In this document: piece by piece, positions 12,762-25,306 of the stretch
How positions within the stretch are numbered: the first letter of the stretch is position 1
Layout: every line of letters begins with the position of its first letter
Notes under the pieces: generated by a model
Told to the model about the DNA's origin: nothing
Databases searched by the model: none
Seen by the model: only the letters and a program-made list of their open reading frames with translations
Assembly: GCF_006345805.1 (NCBI RefSeq)
Contig: NC_043014.1
Coordinates: 51,832,001 to 51,896,000 of the forward strand
Direction: 5' to 3'
Source: Octopus sinensis
Taxonomy: Eukaryota
DNA: 64,000 bases
Position numbers and translations under genes: made by a program

Positions 12762-12980
12762 CAGTGCTTTTCAAACTTTTTGCTGGAGCGGAACCCCAAG
12801 GAAACATTCCACTGGCTCGAGGAACCCCTGTGCACTAATTTAATAGTCTTATTTACACATATCTGCTCAGGAGAATCAAAAATTACTGCCGATTTTAGCA
12901 GTTTTGTAACTTCTTGCGGAACCCCTGGACTGTACTGGCGGAACCCTAAGGTTTCGCGGAACCCTGGTTGAAAACCACTG
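12762..12980. mobile_element. hAT (Charlie-like) MITE, 219 bp
   Basis: TIRs cagtgcttttcaaac / ggttgaaaaccactg; 8-bp TSD atatagag (12754-12761) vs atatacag (12981-12988); repeated ggaaccc subterminal motifs. Confidence 0.85.
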
Positions 12981-13077
12981 ATATACAGAAACACAAACAC
13001 ATACATACACCACAGAACACAAATACAGTTGCGCATGTAAAAGCACCTGTATGAACGATATATGTGTTTGAATAAAA

Positions 13078-13487
13078 GGCAGCGAGCTAGCAGAAACGTT
13101 ATTACGACAGGCGAAATACTCAGCCGTATTTCATCTGTCACTTCGTTCTGAGTTCAAATTCCGCAGAGGTCAACATTGTCTTTCATCCTTTCGGGGTCGA
13201 TAAATAAAGCACCAGTTACGCACTGGGGTCGATGTAGTTGACTTAATCCCTTTGTCTGTCTTTCTTTGCCCTCTCTGTGTTTAGCCCCTTGTGGGTAGTA
13301 AAGAAATGGGTATTTCGTCTGTCGTTACGTTCTGAGTTCAAATTCCGCAGAGGTCAACTTTGCCTTTCACCCTCCGGGGTCGATAAATAAAGTACCAGTT
13401 ACGCACTGGGGTCGATGCAGTTGACTTAATCCCTTTGTCTGTCTTTGTTTGTCCCCTCTATGTTTAGCCCTTTGTGGGTAATAAAGA

Positions 13488-13489
<2 letters not shown>
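13078..13489 (+). mobile_element. SINE family A, long form with two tandem 184-bp body units
   Basis: Units start at 13125 and 13309 (gtatttc.tctgt) and each ends gtgggta.taaagaaa. Confidence 0.92.
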
Positions 13490-13527
<38 letters not shown>

Positions 13528-16321
13528 TCGATTCCCAAATTGACAGCAGAAATATTTACCACTGGAATAAATTCAAAATTAAACATGATGCAAAACTAAG
13601 AATATAATGATGGAAATTTCATTTTGCGCCGCTGTCTTTTTAGAATATTTTTTCCCCGCAAATATTTATTGATCAAAAACTAGGAAACGAAGGACAGTTT
13701 TAAAGCATCCAGCTATTTTTTAAGTCACATTTTTGCAGAAATTATCAAAAACCAACTTCTACCATAACGTTCGCAGTCAGTCTTTTTCATTCATATTTTT
13801 TTCTTTTATATTGGTTCCGAACTAATGTGTACATTACTCAGTTATCAAGTAGATGGATGGAATGTTCTAGCAGACATTACGTTTAGCGAACGGCATCGAC
13901 TAGTTTTCATCTACAGCTGCTTCTAATACATTACCAGCTATTAGGCATAGTTTTCTCATTACATATACTTATGTGACATAAACTATTTGATAGACTAGCA
14001 GGGAAGGCCTAAAAGTCGATAAATTTTCGCTGCAATGGAATTATCTCTATTTCTCTTTTTCTTTCTTATTATCTGGGAATGAATGGATAATATCTATGCC
14101 AATGTTATACTTATGTTCACATTTTTTGCGATGTCTAATCGCAAGGGACAGGTTTCGTTATTTTCCATTTTTGTATATATTCCTGTTTTATTGTTTTCTT
14201 TACAATTTACGTATATTTATTTCTTGATTCATTCTCCGTATATCTATAAGACTAAATATGTGTTCGACTGAAAAATTACTGTACAAAAAGAAGAGATTAA
14301 AAGAATATACTGAATAAAGGACGAGATTTTTTTCTTTGATAATCTGTCCTCCTGACTGTGTGGTTATAATGTTTTGGAGGAAGAAATTCATTTTTACACG
14401 GTTATTAACGTTAATATTCTTCAAGAGATAACACTCCTTCATTCTAATGTAGAACGTAAAAAAAGAGAAAAAAATGTGATGGCATTCACCTGCAAAATGG
14501 CTTTTGCTTTCCAAAGAATATTCAAGAAGAAATGATTAAATAAATAAATAAATAAATAAAAAGCATAATTCAATTTTGAACAACACAGATGAAATAGAAT
14601 TGTTCGATAAAAATAATTAGTGATTTGAAACACGCGAGTCTCTAATTTATCACAGCATAGTAATCAAGAGACGAAATGCAATTCCGCGCTGGCCAAGTCG
14701 ATAGTGGGCTAAATTCTCCCACTTAGGTTAAGTGTCTTGTGTGTTGTATTTCTTATTGCTACTCTGTCGATTTCACCTCAAGTTACCTCTTATCATGTCG
14801 TGCTATGATGAAACCATAGCTATGACGATTATATTTAATTCTTTTATATTTTAAGATAGTGTAAAAAGAGTACCTTATCACTATTGTTTTTCATCTTAAA
14901 GCACATTGTTTGTCTTCCTTTTCAATCGACTGCAACCGAGATATATCTCCCAATCCTCCCCCTCAAATACCTGTCCCTATCCCACCCCACTATTGGATTT
15001 TGATGGGCGTATTATTTCTGTGGGAACTGGTTATGTATTAAAAAATCCCTCACTCCATCGCTGTTAAATGCGAACTAATTACTAGCAAACTACTACTCTG
15101 TGAAACTTTCATGGTTGATGACGGGTTGAAAATGTTATTTCCTTCGTACAGAATATGTAGCATTAATCGTCTTGAGTCATTAATCAAAATCGCACCGATG
15201 TCAAACCATACTTTCTCTTTCTTCGTGCTCCATAACATAATAGTTAATCAAATGCTGGTGTGATGATATCAAAGAAACAACTTATTTTTTTGGTTTTCGG
15301 TAGGTGGGTACATCTTGAATGACCACAAAACGGTTTATTAATTTCCTTATGTTGTAGACTTAAACTTCCAGTTGATTTAAAACTTCTATCCGGGTATTAC
15401 TGGTTAAAACACTTTGCCAGCAGATTTTACATCGCAGAATTTCTTTCCAGCTTTCGGTAAATCTTGGAGGAGAGCAGCTTCCTTTACTTATGAATTCATG
15501 CATATAAATGGTGAGCCCTGATCAATCAGACTACGGTCTTTAGCAAACTGAAATTGTGCCTGACAATCACGCCATTCTTTATACCTACGCCTGCATTATC
15601 TTAAGTGAACACTCTTACTTAAGATAAGTGTATGTGCGATTTTGAACAGACAAATAATCGCTGCATCTTGAAGGTCGAATGGACGTGTGAATACTTCGTC
15701 ATCCGCTCATTAATCTAATATGCTTACATTGTGTTAATGTCAATGTTTGTCCGTTCTATAAACACCAAATAGCAGTGCAGATGTATAGAATTTGTCGCAG
15801 GTAGAATCGTCAATAGCAAATTTGAGATACCCAGCTGCATTAGACGACGCTAACTGTTTATTCGTGAGCTGATAATATTGTGTTGCATATTTAACGACCA
15901 ACAGATTTAAATATGTGAAAATAGTCATTGAAAGATGTTAATGTTATGATATATACAATGCGGAAATGTTATAATATAATGAAGTGATATTATAACATTG
16001 AGTCTTTTGTATATCAAGGTATCAGAACCACGTTATGTTGGTAAGTGCATTGCTTGACTTTAGCTAGTCCTGTAACTCAGTGTCAGATGATTTCAATGGC
16101 TGAAAATGAATGTGTATAAAGCGTATCAGGGATTATCAGCTCTACTGTACGTGATTTTATATTGTAATGGAGTGCTTGGGATGTATAAAATTATGTAGAG
16201 CAAAATGTTAAACGGATAACAGAGGACTAAATGAATAAGTTGGAATATTGCTGACTCTACTACATAAATAGCAGGCACAATTATGTGTGGTAACCATATA
16301 TACGTTTACATAATTGTGGAA

Positions 16322-16490
16322 AACTGGTAGAATTTGCACGCCGGGGGAAATGCTAAGCGACGACACATCCGGCGTTACGTTCCAAGATCAAATTCCGTTG
16401 ACGTCCAATTTGTCTTTCATCCTTTTGTTGTAGATAAAATAAATATCAGTGGAATACTGGGGTTCATGTAATGGACTTAATCCCCCACCT
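16322..16490 (+). mobile_element. SINE family A, degenerate
   Basis: gcacgccgggggaaatgctaagcg...ttgtctttcatcc...actggggttcatgtaatggactt. Confidence 0.7.
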
Positions 16491-17402
16491 TGCTGAGTGT
16501 TTCGAGGAAAGAGGCAGACCCTCCGATTAAGAGATTCCCACACATGCAAATATACACAAATAGACGCACTTACATCTCTATCTTCATATATGTAATCATT
16601 TCTGTTGAGACTATGCATCATATCCTTATATACGTGTCAGTGGTGGGGAGGCTGTGCAGATGAATATAATAAGTATGTACGCATACATATATAAGTTGGA
16701 CACATATAAGCATGTATACAGATTTCTTATATGTATGTATATATGCATATATGTATGTAGTTATATATGTATGCATGTGTGTGTAAGTGTATTTGTAGAA
16801 GCTGAGCGAAATATTGTGAGCAAAGTAAAGCTAGCGAGAGAACGAAAGCCAGAAGTATAAAAGACAAAAAAATTATCTCACACGTTTTAATCTTCCTGGG
16901 TTCGTATCAACTCAGCTTTTCTTTTTTATGAGACATTTTCTGTCTTTTTATTCTTTTCTATTATGTTATCATTTTGTCGATGAAATATCTTTAACCTTTC
17001 TTATCCCATGCCAAATACATAACGAGAGAAAGAGTTCATTATTCAAAATAATCTTCTGATATAACAGGAAAACAAACAACAGAAAATTTCGTTGAAAGCA
17101 GACGACACCCACAAATATATATATATATATACTAAATCACCTCTTGTGTAGAAAGCGGATGTCATGTCAAAGTAAATTATTAACGAAATTTAACGTAGCA
17201 GCATTTATATTCACATGGTAATTTATTCGTTAGAAGCTCTGGTAAGCTCTTTAATGGAAAATTTATTAAATATGTAACCGAAAATGAGATTACTAGTTTT
17301 AATACATTTGTACATTTATACTACTACTCAATGTAGAATACTATTCTCCAGATACGTTGTATACACATAGACATATATCTCCACACCTGCGCAGATAAAT
17401 GC

Positions 17403-17444
<42 letters not shown>

Positions 17445-18257
17445 TCATTAAAATCTAGATTCAGTTGAATATGGTACTTAAGTTAAAGGCACCACAATTT
17501 AGTATAGCATTATCAATATAATTCAAAATGGGGTGATTACAACCAAAATAAGCAACAAGGATATCCAGAGGTAATGCAGTACGATCGTTTCATGCGACCC
17601 CATTTAATTGAACAATGTAAATATTACATCAAATTTTCCATCCATATTTCAAAAGATTTCTACTGCAAAACTTAGTTGCAGAATATATTATTTTCAAGCC
17701 TAATTTGACGTTGTGTTTTATACCGATGGCCCAGAAGCATAACCTTTATAATTAGTTATCGTTTTTTAAACTACATATCTATAAATCACATAGACCGTTC
17801 ACTGCTATTTCGGAAATTACGGTGAATGAAACTTATGGCAGAGAAGTGCAAATTTCGTTCACTTTCATCTTACGTACCTTAAGGAAAATGAACTTGGTAT
17901 GAGGAACGTAGATTTCAGTTCAGTTTCATGGTAACAATGTTCGAATATTGCATTGCATTAGCAGTGTTAACACTAAATACAATGATTACAGTTCATGAGA
18001 AGGAAAAAATACTTCAAATATTTCATAGCTAAGAATATAATAACAGAGATTTAATAACAACTACATCGAAAATGTATATGAAATGCACCCAACAAAATCA
18101 ATTTTTGCAAGTCTTTCGCTCAGAGGCTTCTGTATAATTATTTCTATCCTTTATCTGCAAGAAAAACATTTATAAGTGCATATGTTGAAAAGTATAGTCA
18201 TGCATACAATCATATATGCGATAAAGTGTGCATCTGCATATAGAAATTTGGATATTC

Positions 18258-18550
18258 ATATATATATATGCATGTGTGTATATGTATATATATATATATG
18301 TATATGTAATGTATATATACATAGGTATTTATATGCATGTGTGTATATGTATATATATATATATATATGTATATGTATGTATATGTACATAGGTATTTAT
18401 ATGTATGTGTATATATATATATATATGTATTTATGTATATATATAGGTATTTATATGTATATATATACATGTGTATACATATGTATATGTATATATATGC
18501 TTATATATATGCAAATATATATATGTATATATATAATGTATGTATGTATG

Positions 18551-18589
<39 letters not shown>

Positions 18590-18590
18590 T
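18258..18590. repeat. (TA)n/(TATG)n compound microsatellite
   Basis: Direct reading. Confidence 0.9.
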
Positions 18591-18692
18591 ACTAATTTTA
18601 ATATGACAACAAAAGAATGAATGAGACCTCGATATCATGTAAAATAGATGAATTCATCTATAAATATAATATGTGACAATTAGTTGTTGTCA

Positions 18693-18753
18693 TAATAAAA
18701 CTCAGTTTCGGATGCCGAGGCTGAAGTCTGCTCCGGCATCTCATCAATTATTA
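18693..18753 (-). ncRNA. Minimal type I hammerhead-ribozyme-like motif (U3 variant)
   Basis: Minus strand: UAAUAA UUGAUGA GAUGCCG-16nt-CGGCAUC C GAAA CU G AG U U UUAUUA. Stem I 6 bp, stem II 7 bp, near-palindromic stem III, GUU cleavage triplet. Confidence 0.6.
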
Positions 18754-20043
18754 AGACAAACTTTATGAAAAAAATCCATTGTATACAGGGAAATTACTCC
18801 AATACGCATGAGAAATGTAATGCCTCCTTCATAGAATCCGTATATGCACACATGTAGACATACACGTACGCACACACACATGTATGTATATATATCTATA
18901 CACATACTCACACATGCAGGTACATATACATACAAACGCATATATATATATATATGTCTACGCATACACGCACATACACATGCATATATACCAACGCACG
19001 CATCACTATGCTCATATACACATCTCTACACGTACACACATACATACTCATATATACAAAATGTAGTTTATACGCACATGCATATACATACGCGGAAAAC
19101 GTATATACAAATAAAATCACATACACAAAAATGTAGGTATCATTTTGTTCATATACACATCTCTATACTCCCATATACATACATACACGGATATAGAGGT
19201 TGTGGTCTATACTCACATGCATACAAATTATTTATATATGTATATACACAAATACATCCTCTTGTCCGTCAAACACATCTACAACTGCAGATATATAAAA
19301 GTATATTGATACATATATGTATGCAGGAAGGAGACAAATACAACAGGTAGAGTCTTGCACTCGTACTTATACAATCATTAGGTGTATATTACACGCGTAT
19401 AAGTTTATACAATTATATATTGTGAAACATTATATTCAGAATAATATATAAAGCAATAAAAAATATATAAGAAATATATAAGAGTTGTTACGACGTATGA
19501 AAGGCTTCCGTACAACAATATTGACTAGGAAATGAAAGCTAATAAATATATTCAGTGTTATTTGAACGCAGAAGCCAGACGTTGATTGACACCAGATAGT
19601 ATTCCACGCAGCACGTTGACGACTATGCTTATTCTTATCTTTAATATATCATGTAATTACATATGTAGCTCAAGCAATTTATTTGTTTATCGCTCTTCTG
19701 TTCTCACTCTCTCTCTCTCGCTTTTTCGCACATTTCTTTTATATACATGTGTACATAAAGCCACACATGCGCGTGCTCACAAATATTCTGTTATATGTTG
19801 CCGTTTGAGTGCATGTGTGCATGTGTGATTGTACAAATCTGTGTAAATGATTGTATAGGTATGTATGTGTATATAGGTGTGTGCGTGTAAATATATATAT
19901 ATATTTATATATATGCAAATGTAACTCAGTATATGTCACTGCCAATAAATGTGACGAGTACCTTTCTTTCGTTTATTTACTCACTATGATAGATCGTTAG
20001 CCACTACACACATTGTTTTTCTCTCCTTGTTTTTTTCTGTATC

Positions 20044-20157
20044 CCTTTCTGTAGAAGAGCGTAGGCTCGAAACATAAAAGACTTGTTCTATTCCTGAGCG
20101 TTATAGTAATACATCTGTTTGTTTTGTACACCACCTGTCTTCGTCTTTTGTTTTTTT
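20044..20157 (+). mobile_element. Short Penelope-like terminal repeat fragment with hammerhead-like motif
   Basis: cctttctgtagaagagcgtaggctcgaaacataaaag...; same family as 33610-33722 (minus). Confidence 0.5.
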
Positions 20158-21726
20158 CGTAAACTCTCCCTACACACACACATATATATATATGTGTGTG
20201 TGAGAGAGAGAGAGAGTCTGGATGATGGCATGTGTTCGCAACGCGCATACTTGGTGAGTTGTTTACTTCTGTGCGCGCGACTGTGTAGGGTGGTATGTCT
20301 TCATGTATGGAACCCATTATTACATGTCACGGGCTTATTGTTCTCCTCCCAAGTCGGCCCAGTAAATGAAATAATTAAATAATTCGTACTCCTTGTGCTT
20401 ATGTTATACCGATCTACATAGGATACAACACATTCACATAAATTCAATTCATCAATGAACATATTATTCACAAATTGATGATAGATTACGAGAAATTTCG
20501 AAGAAGAAATGATAAAAAAAAATATCAAAAAAAAAAAGCTATCTAACAAACTGCACTCAGATAAGACAATAACCTAGATATAGATAAGTCAATTATGCAT
20601 GAATTGACCGATCGTTGAACGTGGTATTAAGGAAGTTAAGATATTTATACTTGGGGAAGACACACAAAACAGAGGCATTCGTTAGCAACTCACAAAAGGG
20701 AGAGCATTTTGATAAATTAACATATATTAATAAAAATAAAAAGAAAGAAGCTATTTATAAAGTACAGGGAAGGTGCGCTCATCGTTAGCGGGGACTGTGA
20801 CAGCTGCTGCCGTGTTATACATTGCGCTGATCGAAAAACTATGACGTAAATGGACGAGTATGCAAATACATATCGGAATCAAACAAGACTGGTGAATATA
20901 TATTAGGATATGATTGATTTTTATGCGTTTTTGATAGCTGTTGGGAGAGAGAAAAAAAAAACAGAACATTAAACAAATTTTGTTTTAGTAATAATTTAGG
21001 GGAAAAAAAATAGAACTATTGAAAGTAAAATACAATTAGATTATAAAATTATTTTCACAGTTTTTCTCTTTTTTTTATTTTTACTAATTGAATCAGTAAA
21101 TTTTTACAAAATCGATTTTGTTGTTGTACGGTTCCTACCAGTTTTTTAATTTTATGCGGAACCATGAATGATGATGAAGCTTTATAGCATTTTAGGTCCC
21201 TCTAGCGATGACAAGAGATAACAGAAAAATACAAATAAAAAAAAACAGTAACTGTTTAATGATGAATAAAAATTAAGAAAGTGAAAACAGAAAATACAGT
21301 GAGAAGATTAGAGGAAACTTGATTAAAGGAAAAGAAAAGGACGAATTCATTTGAGAAAATGGAGGAGGAGAATAGTGTGGAAACCGGTTGGAGAGAGAGA
21401 AGGAGAAGGAGAGAGAGAGAGAGAAGGAGAACGATATTGAGATGATGTTTAATGAAAGAAAAGAGTAGCAACATGTAGAATGATTGTGTTGAATAAAAAC
21501 AAGTCAACTGAGAATAAACGAAGAAAAAAAATACCATTTGGAAGATAAAAACAGAAGGAAAAAAAATTAACACAGAATAAGCAAGAAAAACTCTAATCAT
21601 ACAGAAAGCATGAAAGAAGCGTTGAGAGAAAGATTGCCTAGTTCAAAAGGAGAGAAGCTTTGTGTTGCGTCAGTTCGCTCTGTAAATCAGGTGCTTTCGG
21701 GTTCAATCCAACGGTACTGCACCTAG

Positions 21727-21961
21727 GGCGGCGAGCTGGCAGAAACGTTAGCACGCCGGGCGAAATGCGTAGCCGTATTTCGTCTGCTGTTACGTTCTGA
21801 GTTCAAATTCCGCCGAGGTTGACTTTGCCTTTCATCCTTTCGGGGTCAATAAATTACGTACCAGTTACGCACTGGGGGCGATATGGTCGACTTAATCCGT
21901 CTGTGTGTCCTTGTTTGTCTCCTCTGTGTTTAGCCCTTTGTGGGTAGTAAAGAAATAGGTA
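21727..21961 (+). mobile_element. SINE family A, long form (one unit), with 18-bp TSD
   Basis: ggtactgcacctagggcg at 21713-21730 and 21958-21975; inserted in an older B-like SINE. Confidence 0.93.
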
Positions 21962-22536
21962 CTGCACCTAGGGCGTGTATTATTATAGCCCCAGGATTAT
22001 TCATGACTTAGGAGTGAATATGGTTGATGGAGAATGTGTAGAAGTTTATCATATCCATGCTCTCTTTCTCTCTGGCATGGGCAGACACAAGTATATCATT
22101 GCACGATTGAGTGTTCGTGTTTATCCACCCATTGTTACGTAAATGGTGTTGGTCGGTTTATGTTCCGTAACGTAGTGGTTCGGCAAATATGACAAACAGA
22201 ATAAGTACCATACTCAAAAACTCAGCACTGGTGTCCACCCGATCGACTGAATCATTCAACACGTTCGCAATCTAATGATCAAAACAAGTATATAATAATA
22301 TAATATAATATAATATAATATAAAATTTACACACACACACATACATGTATGTATAAGTGTGTGTGTTCACGCCCACGTGACCTAGCGTTTCAACAAACGT
22401 GACTGAGAGAATAAATACTAGGCGTACAAAAATAAGTCCCGGGCTCGATTTGTTCGACTAAAACTATTTAAGGCAATACTCCAGCATGGCCGTTGACAGT
22501 TGACTGACACATGTAAACGAATAGAAGACTTAATAT

Positions 22537-22610
<74 letters not shown>

Positions 22611-22612
<2 letters not shown>

Positions 22613-22976
22613 TAGCAGTATCGCCCGGCGTTGCTCAGATTTGTAAGGGAAATAACTATAAAGCATTTTTAGAGAGTTATAGCCAAAAAAATAGCAAAAA
22701 AATGGAAAAAAATTATGCTAAATTTTTTTTTAGTTAAAAAAGGTGGAGTTGCGTCCCCTAGACAGTTTGCGGTTTGTGTTTCTGATTCTCGACCCCATGT
22801 CGAATTTATCGATTTTTTTCATAACTGGGGGAACTTTTCAAAATTTTCGCTGCGTTAGTTTTGAATTATGACATTGGGCTATGTGTGTGTCAAGTTTCAT
22901 CAGAATCGGTTGAAAGCCGTGGTCAGGGTGAGGGTACAAGCAAACAGACACACAGAAAACGCACAGACAAACTGCC

Positions 22977-22980
<4 letters not shown>
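22611..22980 (+). mobile_element. DINE-1/Helentron-like non-autonomous element (HINE)
   Basis: Starts actagc...cccggcgttgctc, ends cagacaaactgccattt, flanked by (TA)n; near-identical to 54020-54391. Confidence 0.75.
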
Positions 22981-23013
<33 letters not shown>

Positions 23014-23370
23014 AATTCAGGGAGTCGAATAGAGAAAATTCATGGTACATGTGTTTCTGAACTCGCTGAAGCTCGTTGTGCAATTGCTACGCAAACAATC
23101 TAACGAAAATGTAAAACATCTATTTTACCTGTTCTACTGCCTCAATTTCGATTTTTATTGGAAACTTTTTGCAGCTTTAGTTGCTATCTATGGGCTACAT
23201 AGACACTATAAGCTTATCGAATTTCGATATGGGAAAAATAACGCTTGAGGTCAATAAATTTTTTTATTGCATTTTATATTCTGTCCACTTTTAGTTCTCT
23301 ATATCAGACACTTATTGACTGAAGTTTACAATCTTCCTAAATTCGGATCACCATATCTTACACACACAGA

Positions 23371-23432
<62 letters not shown>

Positions 23433-23688
23433 TGCACCCAAAAATAGGTGTTTAGTTCACAGGTAATCTAAATTACTAGGGCTTGAAGATCATGGCCAAG
23501 ACGGGATTCATGGAAGCATTTGTAGATTTTCATTCTAGAGGATATATATTTTTTTTAAGGGGACAACAATCGCTCAGGTAAGAGAAACATCTCAAGGCAT
23601 GTACGTGATTACTGTTAGAAACAATTTCCTAATAATAATAACGTGTATGTCTGTCTTACCTTAGCGTTTGTTGCCCACTTTAACATAC

Positions 23689-23727
<39 letters not shown>

Positions 23728-23729
<2 letters not shown>

Positions 23730-24133
23730 CGCAGGAGTGGCTGTGTGGTAGGTAGCTTGTTTACCAACCACATGGTACCGGACCGGGTTCAGTCCGGTAC
23801 CGGGTTCAGTGGCACCTTGAGCAAGTGTCTTCTGCTATAGCCTCGGGCCGACCAAAGCCTTGTGAGTGGATTTGGTAGACGGAAACTGAAAGAAACCCGT
23901 CGTATATATGTATATATATATGCGTGTGTGTGTTTGTGTCTGTGTTTGTCCTCCTAGCATTGCTTGACAACCGATGCTGGTGTGTTTATGTCCCCGTTAC
24001 ATAGAATGAGTACTGGGTTTAAAAAAGAATAAGTTCCGGGGTCGAGTTGCTCGATTAAAGGCCGTGCTCCAGCATGGCCGCAGTCAAATGACTGAAACAA
24101 GTAAAAGAATAGAAGAAAGAAAGAATAAAGAAT
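23728..24133 (+). mobile_element. SINE family B, full length
   Basis: ggcgcaggagtggctgtgtgg head through actgaaacaagtaaaaga tail. Confidence 0.92.
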
Positions 24134-24142
24134 ATATACACT

Positions 24143-25187
24143 AACACGGGGTATGTTCATTAAAGGTTTCCCGAAACCGACTTTCTCTTATTGCATGAAA
24201 TGGATCATGTACTTTTATAACTATACATGTTTCTATATGTCGCATTTTAAATTGCAGCTTTCCACTAGTATTCGTAATTGTTTTACGCTTCCTGAAGTAG
24301 AATAAGGTGTTATTATAATGGAGGTAGTTGAAAGCCGATCATTGATAAGGTTCTTATAATTGTAAGATCTTACACGGAAAGAATATTTCGATGAGGCGAA
24401 ATAGGTATATGGTGACGATTCAGCAAAATACGACGTAGTCAAACACTGGCGTTGCCGATTCAAATGTGGTGGGACATCGGTAGAAACTGATCTTATTCCT
24501 CGACGACCACATTCCGTTATTGTAGACGACACCATCCATAAAGTGGAAGCTGCCATTTTAAAGGATCGCCTCATAGATATTCGGTAACTAGCTGAAGAAG
24601 TGAAGATAGTTGTAGAATCCGTGGAAAAAATATCATTCATGATGATTTACACGTGCGAAAGTTGTCTGCAAAATGGATTCCCCGGATGCTCACACGTTTC
24701 CACATGCAGGAAACGAGTTAATTGCTCTCAAGCTCTTTTGGCAATGTACCAAGAAAACGAGGAGGATTTTTTCGGCAGACTTATCACACAGGATGCAACA
24801 TGATTCCCTCACTATGGTATTGTGACGAAAGTCCACTCGAAGCAATGGAAGCACAACACCCCACCTCCGAAGGAGGCTTTGTGTCCAACCCTCACCAGAT
24901 TTTAGGAGTAGTGATGATGGATTTTCTGGCAAAGGGCACCAACATTATCGGGGAATCTTGTGCTTCTCTGCCGCAGAAATTGCGCGTTGCCATGAAAGCA
25001 GAGAGGCGTGACATGCTGACCAAAGTATTTCACCTTCTCCATGACAAAGTCTCAGCTCACAATGTACATGTTGCCCAGGTGAAAAGCACACTCCTGCGGC
25101 TATGAATTTCTTCGTCATCCACCTTACTCTCCCAACCTCGCACCATCTAATTTCCACCTCTCTCCAAACATGAAGTCTCTTTTGAAG
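24143..25187 (+). pseudogene. Mariner (DD34D-type) transposase pseudogene with left TIR
   Basis: ATG at 24318: MEVVESRSLIRFL*..YGDDSAKYDVVKHWRCRFKCG..KLSAKWIPRML..LITQDAT*..LLHDK..PPYSPNLAPSNFHL. These match the WVPREL, first D, HDN and YSPDLAPSD motifs, with stops, frameshifts and a deletion. Left TIR-like acacggggtatgttcattaaag; right end missing. Confidence 0.92.
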
Positions 25188-25267
25188 CGTGTGACAATCA
25201 CCGGTTGGCGATGCGAAGTAGTTCTCAGTGCACATATTTATATACTAATTTTTCAGAGATTTATTAT

Positions 25268-25306
<39 letters not shown>

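Noticed and set aside
13125-13489. Regularly spaced direct repeats suggestive of an array or CRISPR
   Set aside because: Eukaryotic SINE-internal 184-bp units with no unique spacers or cas genes.
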